Source of the DNA: Basidiobolus meristosporus CBS 931.73
Lineage: Eukaryota; Fungi; Basidiobolomycota
Assembly (NCBI GenBank): GCA_002104905.1
Contig: MCFE01000166.1
Coordinates: 82,378-146,377 of the forward strand
Length of the DNA: 64,000 bases
Direction: 5' to 3'
This document shows, in pieces, positions 12,885 to 24,220 of the stretch (positions within the stretch are counted from its first letter, which is position 1; each line of letters starts with the position of its first letter). The translations under genes and the position numbers were made by a program. The notes beneath the pieces are model-generated. The model saw nothing but the letters and a program-made list of their open reading frames with translations, did no database searches and was not told where the DNA came from.

Positions 12885-14117
12885 ATGGTTCCCATACCAA
12901 GCCTCAACTCATCTCTAGTACAACCCAGACAAAACCCATCCCCCAGCTCACAAACGTGGTCCGGACCGGAAAAGTCGATGTCAAGTCTGTTTGAGTTCTT
13001 GCCAAATGATTTTAGTATGGCCCAAGTGTCTATGATGAGCCTTCATACAGATATTTGGGCACTACTGATTAATCTAGCAGAACTAGATACCTCAGAGAGT
13101 CAACAAAGATGGAAGAATTTGAGTAGAAAGCTGTGGCATGAGTTCTACATCAAGATGCCAGCCAATGTATGTAAAAAGATATATAACAAGACAAGTATTG
13201 AAATCAAGAATGAGCTGAGAGTGAGGGGATTTGACAAAGAATCCGCGCGGGAACAATTTCATGTGCAATTTGCACAGTACGGGCCAGACATGTTTGTTTG
13301 TGCCTCAACTTTGGGAACCAAAGAGATTTTGAATGAGTTTTTGCCTCAAATGACTAATGTATTATGTGATATATTAGTAGAGCTAAGTGGCTTCCAAGAG
13401 CAATATACACAGGACTCATTCAGGCAACAGCTCCAAAGTATCAGACAGAGGGTAAGTGAATACCTTGAGGAATCAGATGGTGAGCTTCAGGAGGAAGAAT
13501 ACAGACCGCAAGCAACATCGTCCAGATCGCACCAGCATGCCTTGCTGGATTCCCTACCATCTCTTGCAACCACAGTGCGCCGGCTCATGTCAGTCCAGAC
13601 CACGCCAACACCCTTTACCAGAACGCCCCGCATCAAGTCAACGCGCACGCTTCAAAGCCAAACTACAAGTACTTGCCAAACTGCTCATTTAGACACAAGT
13701 CCATTGGAGTGGACCAAGTCACGTCAACATGCAGCATCACATCAAACTCAGCCAAGGGCCATCTCAATGCGTCAAGGCACGCCTGCGTATGTTGTTTTGC
13801 CTGACCATCAGCAAGTTACTTCTGGTGAACTGACTGATGATGACCAACATGAAGTGCCTCAACCACTGGAGCCCTTGGCAAGTAAAAGAACACGTCAGCG
13901 TGTGGCACTACAGGCCGGTTCAGTTGGTTTAGTTGGAGCAATCCAGCATGGCCAAGCTGCAGCATTGCACTCATCAACCAGGAGGCAAAATACTGACTAC
14001 AAATACACAAGTAGCCAAGATGATAGTCAGCCAGGAAGTAGTATAGGTGTGCAAAGTGAGTCACTACCAAATGCTTCAGTAGTAATCCCTGTGAGAAAAC
14101 AACCCAGGAGAAGATGA
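12885..14117 (+). CDS. PHIS ORF2, probable Myb/SANT-like DNA-binding protein with long low-complexity tail
   Basis: 410-aa ORF inside the TIRs, with W-spaced helical segment IWALL...QRWKNLSRKLWHEF..MPANVCKKIY and a basic C-terminus (RKQPRRR). True start codon uncertain. Confidence 0.72.
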   Translation: MVPIPSLNSSLVQPRQNPSPSSQTWSGPEKSMSSLFEFLPNDFSMAQVSMMSLHTDIWALLINLAELDTSESQQRWKNLSRKLWHEFYIKMPANVCKKIYNKTSIEIKNELRVRGFDKESAREQFHVQFAQYGPDMFVCASTLGTKEILNEFLPQMTNVLCDILVELSGFQEQYTQDSFRQQLQSIRQRVSEYLEESDGELQEEEYRPQATSSRSHQHALLDSLPSLATTVRRLMSVQTTPTPFTRTPRIKSTRTLQSQTTSTCQTAHLDTSPLEWTKSRQHAASHQTQPRAISMRQGTPAYVVLPDHQQVTSGELTDDDQHEVPQPLEPLASKRTRQRVALQAGSVGLVGAIQHGQAAALHSSTRRQNTDYKYTSSQDDSQPGSSIGVQSESLPNASVVIPVRKQPRRR

Positions 14118-15939
14118 TGTGATTGCCTTGAATTGCTCACATTTGTAATGATCCCAACAACCCTTTTTTTTTGCGATCCAAATTGAGCCATTGCAAATCA
14201 GTGATCATCAAATTTTTGATATAAGTAATATCAAGGTTGTCTCATATTTGAGACAGAACCTCTATAAATAAACACCCTGCATATACATATGTCATCTGTA
14301 ATACCAGTGCAGCTATTGGATCTGTTTTGCACCTACACAATTGCTTGCGTGCTGGCTATGACACCTTGTCCAATCACTAGGATCAGGGATTTACTTGCTC
14401 AATGGGCAAAATGGGATATTTGATGGTGAATCAGGTAGCTTTTTCAGTAGTCAATGAGCCAATTGGGGGCTGCCAGCTTCAGGATACTTTTGGACCAATT
14501 AACCACTGAGATATTGTCCAATTGGATTGAGGGTAACCAAAATGGTAAGTATCAGTGTAGTTTATAGTGTGATACACATTTATTTCCATTTACATTAAAG
14601 AAACATATCCAAATACCGGATTTTACCTGCCATAATAGCGGTATCCAATTGCGCACATGATGCAAACATTATGAGTTTGTGCAATCATCCATGCCAACCT
14701 CATTGTGTCAAATTGTGCCATAGTGTGCAAGATCGTCTTGCATAGTGCAAAATTGTCTCAGAACAATCCTGCCTTCTGGTAGCTATAATATTGCGCCCAA
14801 TTGTTCTTTACAACCGTGGATTGCGCCGCGCGCCCTGGCATGGTATGATGGAACAAGTCTAATATACTTAACAGAGTCCAAAAAGTCCTTTGACAGGAAT
14901 TGAATGGCATTTGTACAGTTCTCTAGCAACAACAGTTACTTGAATGGAGCCAACTGGCCTGTTCATTCAATTGCCATATATGGTGAAAAACCTGATGACA
15001 TTTTCTCAGCCTTGTTGCAGACATATTTTGGCATTATAGCAGCAGTATGGAAGCCTACTGCTAGTGCTGCAGAATGCCAGCCCACCAATTTACCAAACAG
15101 TGTTTCCTTTGCTACCTCCCCTTGCACCATTCAAATACACCAATGCAGGATAACCCCAATTTATCTGCTTACGCACAACTATCATGGGTATTCCATATTT
15201 AGTTGGAATCAAAAGAAATTATGGCCTGCTGCTTACTAACCTCTACAGATACACACACCTGCTGCTCTAGACACACTGGTATCACTTCAACTTTACAATG
15301 CTTCAATGTGTTACTTGCAAAGTTATCTTATACCTATGCTGGTAATATGCACATCTTGCATACATATACTTAGTTGCCATCACTTTTGCCCTGAATACCA
15401 CTTGCATATCTGCAAAATACTTCTTTTGTACTCAGCCAGTATACTCCTGCTCCCTGGATTCTAGTTGCCCTTGTAGGTACACTCTGGTTCAAGTTTGAGT
15501 GAATCCTGTATTAAGTAGTGTTGCAATTGGCTTGTGCTCAGTGGAAGCCCAGCATACTATGGTAAAGTTGTCCGTATGAGAGCTAGTTGCTTGTTGCATC
15601 CAACCCAACTTTGGATTACTTGACTGGTTATCCATGTATTGGGACTGCTTAGCTTCTTAATTGCCAAGGCTTAGGTGTCTCTATGTGCATATCTGTGCTT
15701 AGTATTTTCCAACTCTTCCTGGTTGTCCTCTATGTTCCTACTTATCATATTCATGATGGACCTGAATGTGATATTCTTGGTGAGATTTGGATATGGGGGT
15801 ACTTCCAACTTAATTTATCTTTCTATCTCCCAACACATCCACTCCATAGGAAACTCTTAAAAGTTGAGGCAAGGTCCAATGCTTTTCACACACCGAGCTA
15901 GATGAAACAGAGAATGGATGCAGTAGTGGCAGAGATCTG

Positions 15940-17265
15940 CCCATTCAGCTTTGTATCTTGTAGTATAGCCACTCATACCCTGTCACAAACTCTTTAGAAA
16001 AGCCAGCTATCTTGCAAATGGCTGGCATATCTCCTATTATATGATAATGTGCACTTTGATATTCCCTACTGCAAATACCAGGAGAAAAATGGTTGGAAAA
16101 CAGCTTGCTCTGATATTCAGTGCAATAAGCATGGCTACATTCAAAAAGACCATGTTGACAATGTGCCTGTTGAGGGTAATAATGAAGACTCCTCAGGCTC
16201 TTAGTCAAGTATGCAATTAAGAATTAGAGCTGCAAGCTGGCCATAGTGCTTTGGCAAATAAGAATGTAGTAAATGCAGTATCTCCAGTAGAAGACCAGCA
16301 TACAACCATCATAGCATCACCAACACCAGTATTTGCAAGCATATTTTCAGCTCAAATCAATTGATCAATGAGGCAATCAGGTAGAATGGCTAAAAGTATG
16401 GATGCAATAGCCCAGAGAAATCAGAAAATAGTCAAGAGACAGGATGAGCAGATAATAAGTGTAGAGCAATCCATGTTCTAAGCAGAGAATGCAGTATATA
16501 GGCTGAAAAGAAGGAACTCAAGTAGCTCAATGTCTCAGCCAAGATTTGAGACATTTCCCAATGTAACAGCATAGGAACATTGTGCATTCTTTGGAGTACA
16601 ATAACATTGCCTGGAGATAAAGCCCACAGAAAAACCTATCACTGCATGGGAGGGAGACTGTGGAGTCAATACCTGAACCTAAAGATCAAAAGACATTGCA
16701 GAAGTGTGAATCCATTGAGTCCATTGATGCAGAGGGGTTGAATATTAAGGAGGCCCTTGGAAGTCTAGCTCAGCATCACCTTAAGGCTGGCATGCTATGG
16801 GATCATCAGCAAATGCAGGCCAAGCTGAATGCAATTGACTTAGTCCATAAGAGTATGCTGGATTCAGTCAAGCTAACAGGTCTTGGGCCAGCGGTGTTAT
16901 GCTAAGAAAGTATCTCAAGAATAACAGAAGCTATCAAAGTCAAAAGAACAATGGTGCCATGGGAAAAAACCAGCAACTTCTGCAAGAGCCCATCAAAAGC
17001 ACAGCCAAAAGCTTTAAACCGGCAGTAGAGTAGCATCAAGCAACAAGAAGAGTGCTGGTATGGGACTAGCTGGCAGAAATGGATGCAGCAGTGCAGAGTT
17101 TAGGAAGGAATAAGCATAGTTCCACTGAAGAGTCACTCAGTCAAAGTATCAGTGAAGGACCTTGCAGTGACAAGAACCAGTAGCTTCCTCAGGAGCCTGT
17201 CATAACCAAGGCTAAAAGCTCACAATGAGTGGCAAGGAAACAACTGGTTGACAAAAGAGTGACAG
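15940..17265. mobile_element. CACTA/CMC relic, copy c (ORF2 region)
   Basis: Aligns with 5000-6250 and 9877-10440. Confidence 0.65.
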
Positions 17266-18283
17266 TGTGGTGATATAAAAGCCCAAGGGAAATACATGTC
17301 CAACATTTCTCAAGTGTTTTTGGTGGGGTGCTCACTGGGTGCAAAACCTCTGGCAAAAGCTTGCCAGGAGTACTTGGGCTTTGTCCCTACTCTAATGTGA
17401 AGGGATATAAAGCCACAATCTTGTCAAGGGAGAACTATTAAGCTACAATCCTATACTTAGTTGGCATCTTGACAAAGTATATGCTGGGTTCAGTGTTCTT
17501 TGGGATAACAATGTACCAATGCTTCCAAAGTCCATGCAACTGTCAACTCCACCTGCAAGGACTTGATGATAATACAGCTGTAGTCAATACTTACACAGAC
17601 AGAAAAGTATCTTGGCCTGTACAAGAACAAACTTGGGAAAGAATCAAATATAACCAAAGACACCTACTCTGAGTACTCCTTACAAGTAGTGCCTCAAATT
17701 TCAGTTGGCTATCAGTGTGGTTACCTGGGAGTGTCCTGTGATCTAGGATTGGAAGCTCAGGTAGAAGCAGGTGGCAGTGATCACACTAATCAACAAGTAG
17801 GTATATTGATAAAAGGGATGATGATTTATTGTTGAGGGATTGACTCCCTTATATACTTTTCTCACTGGCTAAGTGATTACTAATCATGGTGTTGCAGAAG
17901 CTTCCAGAGATCAATGAAAACTGTAACAACATCAGAATCACTCAAGAATGTTTGTAGCATATGCCAGAAGGTTCTAAGAGGCACAGCACATCCAACCAAT
18001 CAATGAAAATGGTAGTGATGGTGACACTGTTTGCTCATATGCCACAGGTTGTGCAGCAGGTACTTGCCCAAAATAGAAGCACTTATATCCAGTAATCTTA
18101 CATATGGTGCGGGATAAATTATGCAACAAATAGGCAGGTATCGTAGTTAGCCAGCTTTTGGGATAGTACGGATCAGATTAGACAAATGGGACAAAGCTAA
18201 AATAAGAGTAGTAGAGAAATAGGGAGGTAGAAACTATGGGAATGGGCACATCTGTCAGTGGGTGTTGCTGCAACCTCATTACA
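17266..18283 (-). repeat. Gypsy 3' LTR (family B, about 1018 bp)
   Basis: TGT...ACA termini; polypurine tract GAGAGTGGGGTGGA on the minus strand at 18284-18297 immediately precedes it. Confidence 0.8.
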
Positions 18284-19720
18284 TCCACCCCACTCTCAGC
18301 ATTGGGCTTAGGTCAATGCAAAATAATCTAGATGTGCAAAATTCCTATGCTTGAATAACATAAGCTGGTTACCTGTATCTGGTGCTCTTAGTTAGGTGTT
18401 GTCAAGTTCAGATATGTAGTAACTTCCATTTCCAATCACTTTGGAGATCAGGTAGGGGCCAGTCCATTTGTTGCCAGACTTTCAGCTTCATTGTTTGTCC
18501 AAGGTGGAATCATAGAGTAATACTGGGCCTCATAGTGAACATGGCTTTGGCCTTGTTGAGTGTAACTTGTCAAAGGGTGCCATGTTCTTCAGTTACATCT
18601 CTGTAAGTTGCTCCACAGCTCTGTTGATATTTAAATCATGGTGATCAAGTTGCTGCTTGAGAGTTCTCAGGAGGTCTTCAGTGTGCATATTAAATTTTCA
18701 TTCTGATGCATTCCACATGGTTGTGTCTAACTCAACTGTTAGAATGCAGTCTTGTCCATAGAGTAGCTTCAGTGGTAATAGTCCAGTTTTTCTCTCAGTA
18801 TTAATACTATCTGCCTAAAGTGCAAGATGCAACTGCTGTGGCCATTTTCAAGTGTTTTAGCACTTGGATGGGGTACTAACTAAAGGTCCATGTGCTCTTT
18901 CCACCATTCTATTGGCTTGAGGGTGGTAGACTGTAGTAAAATCAATCTGTATCTTATACCTTGAGCACAACTCTTGGATCATCTTGGATGCCATCTCTCC
19001 TCTGTCATCAATAAATTGCTGGGTGCAGCCAAATTTGCAGATAATGTCCTCAAGTATAAATATCCATATAGTACGACTCTTGTTATTGGGCAACACTGGG
19101 GCTTCTGCCCACTCATTAAGTTCACATGTAGCAAAAATTAGGTACTTCTTTGATCCAGCTGTTGGGATATGAATGAGATTGATGCCAACCTTTTGCCATA
19201 GGCAGACTGTGTCAGGAGGATGCAATGGCACTTCTTAATGCTTAGACAATCACTTCTGACAGGCTAAGCATGACTCAACAAAGTGTTGAATACCATAGGA
19301 CATGTTTTTCTGGTAGTACCTCTGGGCTGTGGTATTGTAGGTAGCTTCTTGACCTCTATGTCCTCCTGGCAGTCCTTGGTGGATACTTGTCATGATGCTT
19401 ACCTGTACTTGTGGAGTAGTAACAACTCCTCTTGGTATAAGTCCTAGCTTCAGTTTCTCAAAGAGGAATTTACCCTTGAGATAGTAGTGGTGTGCCTTCT
19501 TTCTGAGTTTTCTATATTCATGAGGTTCCATTCAGCTAGGCTTCTTAAGTGTCACCAGATGCTCTATGATCAGATTCCTGGTAGTTCTCTTTTGGTCTTT
19601 TATGGCAATCTGCCAGATCTCTGCATCAATCATGTTGTCAAAGTTGGTCTAAGTCAGCTAATTAATATGGTCCCTTCCTGGATAGTGCATTAGCCACAAC
19701 ATTTGTCTAGCCATGAAAAT
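18284..19720 (-). mobile_element. Gypsy integrase relic
   Basis: HHCC zinc domain (GHRGQEATY...CLACQK) and rve core (WQKVGINL, YHPQANRMVER) in ORFs 19250..19531 and 18857..19231. Confidence 0.85.
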
Positions 19721-19724
19721 GACT

Positions 19725-19990
19725 AGACTTGTTCCAATGGATAGTGCCACATTGAGCCATGAGTGCCAAATGATGCCATAATATGCCAGGGAGGCCAAGT
19801 GGACTTATACTTGGCCACAGAGTGTGAAATACAGTTATTCATCCTTGCACAAAGCAGCCCCTGTGTTCCACCTATTGTGCAAGCAAAAATTTATTTTTTG
19901 ACCTTTTTTTTGGGATGGATATTGTGCATGATCTGTAAGTGGACAGAAGGACTGAAGACATGCATCTGGTACTGAATACCCATGGCACTC
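19725..19990. mobile_element. PHIS-family terminal fragment
   Basis: Begins AGACTTGTTCCAATGGATAGTGCC, preceded by ACT; internal sequence differs from copies 1 and 2. Confidence 0.55.
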
Positions 19991-20010
19991 TGAACCTAGC
20001 TCTTATGGCT

Positions 20011-20172
20011 TGTAATATGACACAAAAATGCATGACACCATCTTGGTCTACTGGTCCTATCTAGCACTACAACTGGTTTGTATAGGCTTTACCTTAAGGC
20101 TAATATCTAAATACAGTGCCTGATAGAGCCAGTGGACCAAGATAGTGCCATGCATTTTTGTGACATGTTACA
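20011..20172. repeat. About 58-bp imperfect inverted repeat (MITE/hairpin-like)
   Basis: 20011-20068 matches the reverse complement of 20115-20172 (shared core CACAAAAATGCATG..AC.ATCTTGGTC.ACTGG). Confidence 0.7.
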
Positions 20173-20245
20173 ATGAATACCTCTGATACACCACACTGCT
20201 CTACTTGTTGTATAAGCTTGTAATACTACCTAAATAGTCATCCAG

Positions 20246-20395
20246 TGTGATGGTGTATAAGTCCAAAGGGCAAAATGCGGCCAACACTTCTCAAGTGTGA
20301 ATGTGTGTGGGGTGTTCACTGGGTGCAATAACCTCTGGCAAAAGCTTGCTAGGAATTCTGGGTCTTTTGTCTAATCTAATGTGAAGGGGGATAAA
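20246..20395 (-). repeat. LTR family B fragment, left flank of PHIS copy 2
   Basis: Aligns with 17266-17410 in the same orientation. Confidence 0.75.
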
Positions 20396-20578
20396 AGACT
20401 TGTTCCGTTGGATAGTGCCACATAGTGCCAGCCTGTTTATAGTGCCGGATCAATCTAGCACTCTAGGGCACTATCTGGCACTATAATTTCTACCATGATG
20501 CCAGTGGTATGATACAGTTACTGGTAATTTTACTCAATCTTACTTATGTTGCTCAGAATAGTGCTTTCCTTGCTTTAT

Positions 20579-21463
20579 TTACTCTTCATAATGCTCCAGA
20601 CACATTTCTCTCAGTGGATGTCTTCTTGTATGAACATACTGTGCATTAATAAGTATCTTAACTATTTTACCTATTCTGCTGTTTTCACCTATATATGACT
20701 TTCCTCTGTATTTACCTGCCAATATGCTGAATCTCTTCAGATATCCAAATGTGTGCTCTACCCTTACTCTGAAATGATTAAATATCTCATTGTAGAGCTT
20801 CTGCTTCCTGCTAAGCACACCATTCCTTGGCTTCCTATAAGCTGTAATACATCCTAATCTCTGACAATCCTCTCCTATATAGGCTAAGTATGCCATACAT
20901 TTCTCCCCTCTACTGAATTCAGGATGATTCTCTACCCAGAGTGCTTTGTCATGCCTACTTCCAGTAAATGGCCCACTAAACCAGATGATGTTACCCTCAA
21001 TGTCAGACAGTGCTTGAAACTTCACACAGTGTGCGTTGTACTTGCCAGAATAAAAGTGCCTCTGCCCTCTAGAAGGTCTGTTAATCCTCACTGGGAAGGT
21101 ATCCAAAATACTCCTGATATGGAACCTGTTGCTGAACACTCTGGGATATGGAAGTCTATTGGAGCTTCTGAACCTAGTATTCCAAGCTTGCTCTAAGTCA
21201 TTCATACCCTCTGCAAGGTGGTTCTCCATTGCTGTCAGCTGGGAATGAAAGCTTCTAGGACTTTTGTTGCCATGGATGGTGGGATGAAACCTTGTAGGGC
21301 AATAGTTCTTGTAATAGCAGAGAAGCTTAACAAGGGATCTCCTTGAGTAGATTGGGGTTGATGGACCACAGTACTTGGAATAGATCTCCTCCAGTGTGTC
21401 AAAAGGAAATCCAGTGGTAGTGATGGGATTGATGAGAAAAGACCATTCAGATGAGTAAGTCAT
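20579..21463 (-). CDS. DDE_Tnp_4-type transposase, second catalytic Asp replaced (MAYLAY)
   Basis: Colinear with 11641..12525; ATG at 21463; GAC>TAC at the second D. Confidence 0.85.
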   Translation of the reverse strand: MTYSSEWSFLINPITTTGFPFDTLEEIYSKYCGPSTPIYSRRSLVKLLCYYKNYCPTRFHPTIHGNKSPRSFHSQLTAMENHLAEGMNDLEQAWNTRFRSSNRLPYPRVFSNRFHIRSILDTFPVRINRPSRGQRHFYSGKYNAHCVKFQALSDIEGNIIWFSGPFTGSRHDKALWVENHPEFSRGEKCMAYLAYIGEDCQRLGCITAYRKPRNGVLSRKQKLYNEIFNHFRVRVEHTFGYLKRFSILAGKYRGKSYIGENSRIGKIVKILINAQYVHTRRHPLREMCLEHYEE

Positions 21464-21822
21464 ATTAAAATTGATGGATGATTGTATGGAGGCGGTTTGA
21501 ATCAATTCGGCGCGATCGGTCTTATTTATCTGATTTTTAACACATTATGGTTAAATCTCCATCAATTGCCATGTATCCCATCATTATGTCGCAAAAATCA
21601 TCCGCAAACAATGCCTTGGTACTTTTATTGATGCTTTAATCATAAGTCTATAATCAAATAGGAAATCTGCGATTGATGTGATCTGATCCGTGTCAACGCA
21701 ATCCGAGATGCATCATGCATAATATATGGAAAATTCAACAATCACATTAGTTTTCATATATATTTCATATAAGACCAGGTTGATGCCAATATACTGCTGT
21801 ATAAGTATCCAAATCCGTTGCT

Positions 21823-23085
21823 ATGGTCCCCATACCAAGCCTCAACTCATCTTTAGTACAACCCAGACAAAATCCATCCCCCAGCTCACAAGCGCGGTCC
21901 GGACCGGAAAAGTCGATGTCGGATCCGTTCAAGTTCTTGCCAAATGATTTTAGTATGGCCCAAGTGTCTATGATGAGCCTTCATACAGATATTTGGGCAC
22001 TACTGATTAATCTAGCAGAACTAGATACCTCAGAGAGTCAACAAAGATGGAAGAATTTGAGTAGAAAGCTGTGGCATGAGTTCTACATCAGGATGCCAGC
22101 CAATGTATGTAAAAAGATATATAACAAGACAAGTATTGAAATCAAGAATGAGCTGAGAGTGAGGGGATTTGATGAAGAAGCCGCGCGGGAACAATTTCGC
22201 GCGCAATTTGCACAGTACGGGCTGGACGCGTCCATTTGTGCCTCAACTTTGGGAACCAAAGAGATTTTGAATGAGTTTTTGCCTCAAATGACTGATGTAC
22301 TACGTGATATATTAGTAGAGCTAAGTGGCGTCCAAGAGCAATATACACAGGACTCATCCAGGCAACAGCTCCAAAGTATCAGACAGAGGGTAAGTGAATA
22401 CCTTGAGGAATCAGATGGTGAGCTTCAGGAGGAAGAATACAGACCGCAAGCAACATCGTCCAGATCGCGCCAGCACGCCTCGCTGGATTCCCTACCATCT
22501 CTTGCAACCACAGCGCGCCGGCGCACGTCAGTCCAGACCACGCCAACACCCTTTACCAGAACGCCCCGCGTTGAGTCAACGCGCATTGAGTCAACGCCCG
22601 TCGGGTCAACGCGCGCGCTTCAGAGCAAAACTACGAGAACTTGCCAAACTGCTCATTTAGACACAAGTCCATTGGAGCGGACCGAGTCGCGTCAACATGC
22701 GGCATCACATCGAACTCAGCCAAGGGCCATCTCAACGCGTCAAGGCGCGCCTGCGCGTGCCGTTTTGCCTGACCATCAGCAAGTTACTTCTGGTGAACTG
22801 ACTGATGATGACCAACATGAAGTGCCTCAACCACCGGAGCCCTTGGCAAGTAAAAGAACGCATCAGCACATGGCACTACAGGCCGGTTCAGTTGGTTCAG
22901 TTGGAGCAATTCAGCGCGGCCAAGCTGCAGCATCGCACTCATCAACTAGGAGGCAAAATACAGACTACAAATACACAAGTAGCCAAGATGATAGTCAGCC
23001 AGGAAGTAGTATAGGTGTGCAAAGTGAGTCACTACCAAATGCTTCAGTAGTAATCCCTGTGAGAAAAAAACCCAGGAGAAGATGA
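21823..23085 (+). CDS. PHIS ORF2 (Myb/SANT-like), copy 2, 420 aa
   Basis: Colinear with 12885..14117. Confidence 0.72.
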   Translation: MVPIPSLNSSLVQPRQNPSPSSQARSGPEKSMSDPFKFLPNDFSMAQVSMMSLHTDIWALLINLAELDTSESQQRWKNLSRKLWHEFYIRMPANVCKKIYNKTSIEIKNELRVRGFDEEAAREQFRAQFAQYGLDASICASTLGTKEILNEFLPQMTDVLRDILVELSGVQEQYTQDSSRQQLQSIRQRVSEYLEESDGELQEEEYRPQATSSRSRQHASLDSLPSLATTARRRTSVQTTPTPFTRTPRVESTRIESTPVGSTRALQSKTTRTCQTAHLDTSPLERTESRQHAASHRTQPRAISTRQGAPARAVLPDHQQVTSGELTDDDQHEVPQPPEPLASKRTHQHMALQAGSVGSVGAIQRGQAAASHSSTRRQNTDYKYTSSQDDSQPGSSIGVQSESLPNASVVIPVRKKPRRR

Positions 23086-23828
23086 TGCAATTGCTTTGAA
23101 TTGCTCACATTTGTAATGATCCCAACATCCCTTTTTTTTTGCGATCCAAATCGAGCCATTGCAAATCAGTGATCATCAAATTTTTGATATAAGTAATATC
23201 AAGGTCGTCTCACATTTGAGACAGAACCCCTATAAATAAACACCCTGCATATATATACCTCATCTGTAATACCAGTGCAGCTATTGGATCTGTTTTGCAC
23301 CTACACAATTGCTTGCGTGCTAGCTATGACACCTTGCCCAATCACTAGGATCAGGGATTTACTTGCTCAATGGGCAAAATGGGATATTTGATGGCAAATC
23401 AGGTAGCTTTTTCAGTAGTCAATGAGCCAATTGGGGGCTGCCAGCTTCAGGATACTTTTGGACCAATTAACCACTGAGATACCGTCCAATTGGAGTGAGG
23501 GTAACCAAAATGGTAAGTATCAGTGTAGTTTATAGTGTGATACACATTTATTTCCATTTACATTAAAGAAACATATCCAAATACCGGATTTTATCTGCCA
23601 TTATAGCGGTATCCAATTGCGCACGTGATGCAAACATTCCAAGTTGGCGCGATCATCCGCGCCAACCTCATTGTGTCAGATTGTGCCATAGTGTGCGAGA
23701 TTGTCCCGCATAGTGCGAAATTGTCGAAGAACAATCCTGCCTTCTGGTAGCTAGAATATTGCGCCCAATTGTTCTTTGCAACTGCGGATCACGCCGCGCG
23801 CCCTGGCACGGTACAATGGAACAAGTCT

Positions 23829-24220
23829 AATATATTTGATTGTTTTCCCAAGTTTGTTCTTGTACAGGCAAAGATACTTTTCTGTCTTTGTAACTATTGA
23901 CCACAGCTGCATTCTTATCAAGTCCCTGCTGGTGGAGTTTACAGTTGTTTTGACTTTGGAAGCTTTAGTACATTGTCATCTCAAAGGATGCTGAGCCCAG
24001 CACATACTTTTGTTAAGACGCCAACTAAGTTGGGGATTGTAGCTCAATAGTTTTCCCTTGACAAGCTTGTGGCTTTATTCCCCTTCACATTAGATTAGAG
24101 ACAGAACCCAAGTATTCCTAGCTAGCTTTTGCCAGAGGTTATTGCACCCAATGAACACCCCACACACAAAATACTTGAGAAGTGTTGGACGTATCTCTCC
24201 CTTGGACTTATACACCACCA
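23829..24220 (+). repeat. LTR family B fragment in inverted orientation
   Basis: Reverse complement aligns with 17266-17655; ends CACCACCACA at about 24220. Confidence 0.75.

Larger units (their letters stand above)
11458..14860. mobile_element. Full-length PIF/Harbinger-superfamily (PHIS) DNA transposon, copy 1 (3403 bp)
   Basis: Imperfect 24-bp TIRs (AGACTTGTTCCATTGTATAGTGCC / reverse complement AGACTTGTTCCATCATACCATGCC), AAT target duplication at 11455-11457 and 14861-14863, two divergent ORFs. Confidence 0.92.
11310..15900 (-). mobile_element. Gypsy pol relic (RT/RNase H/integrase) split by PHIS element copy 1
   Basis: RNase H-like (FTIV...STEHKPIATLL) and integrase C-terminal-like (SSGFSP; SPHIIVRWVNNYKL) peptides lie on either side of the insertion and join across the AAT duplication. 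Confidence 0.6.
20396..23828. mobile_element. Full-length PHIS DNA transposon, copy 2 (3433 bp)
   Basis: Same TIRs and two ORFs as copy 1; 30 bp longer from two extra 15-bp repeat units in ORF2; flanks AAA/AAT do not form a TSD. Confidence 0.92.
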
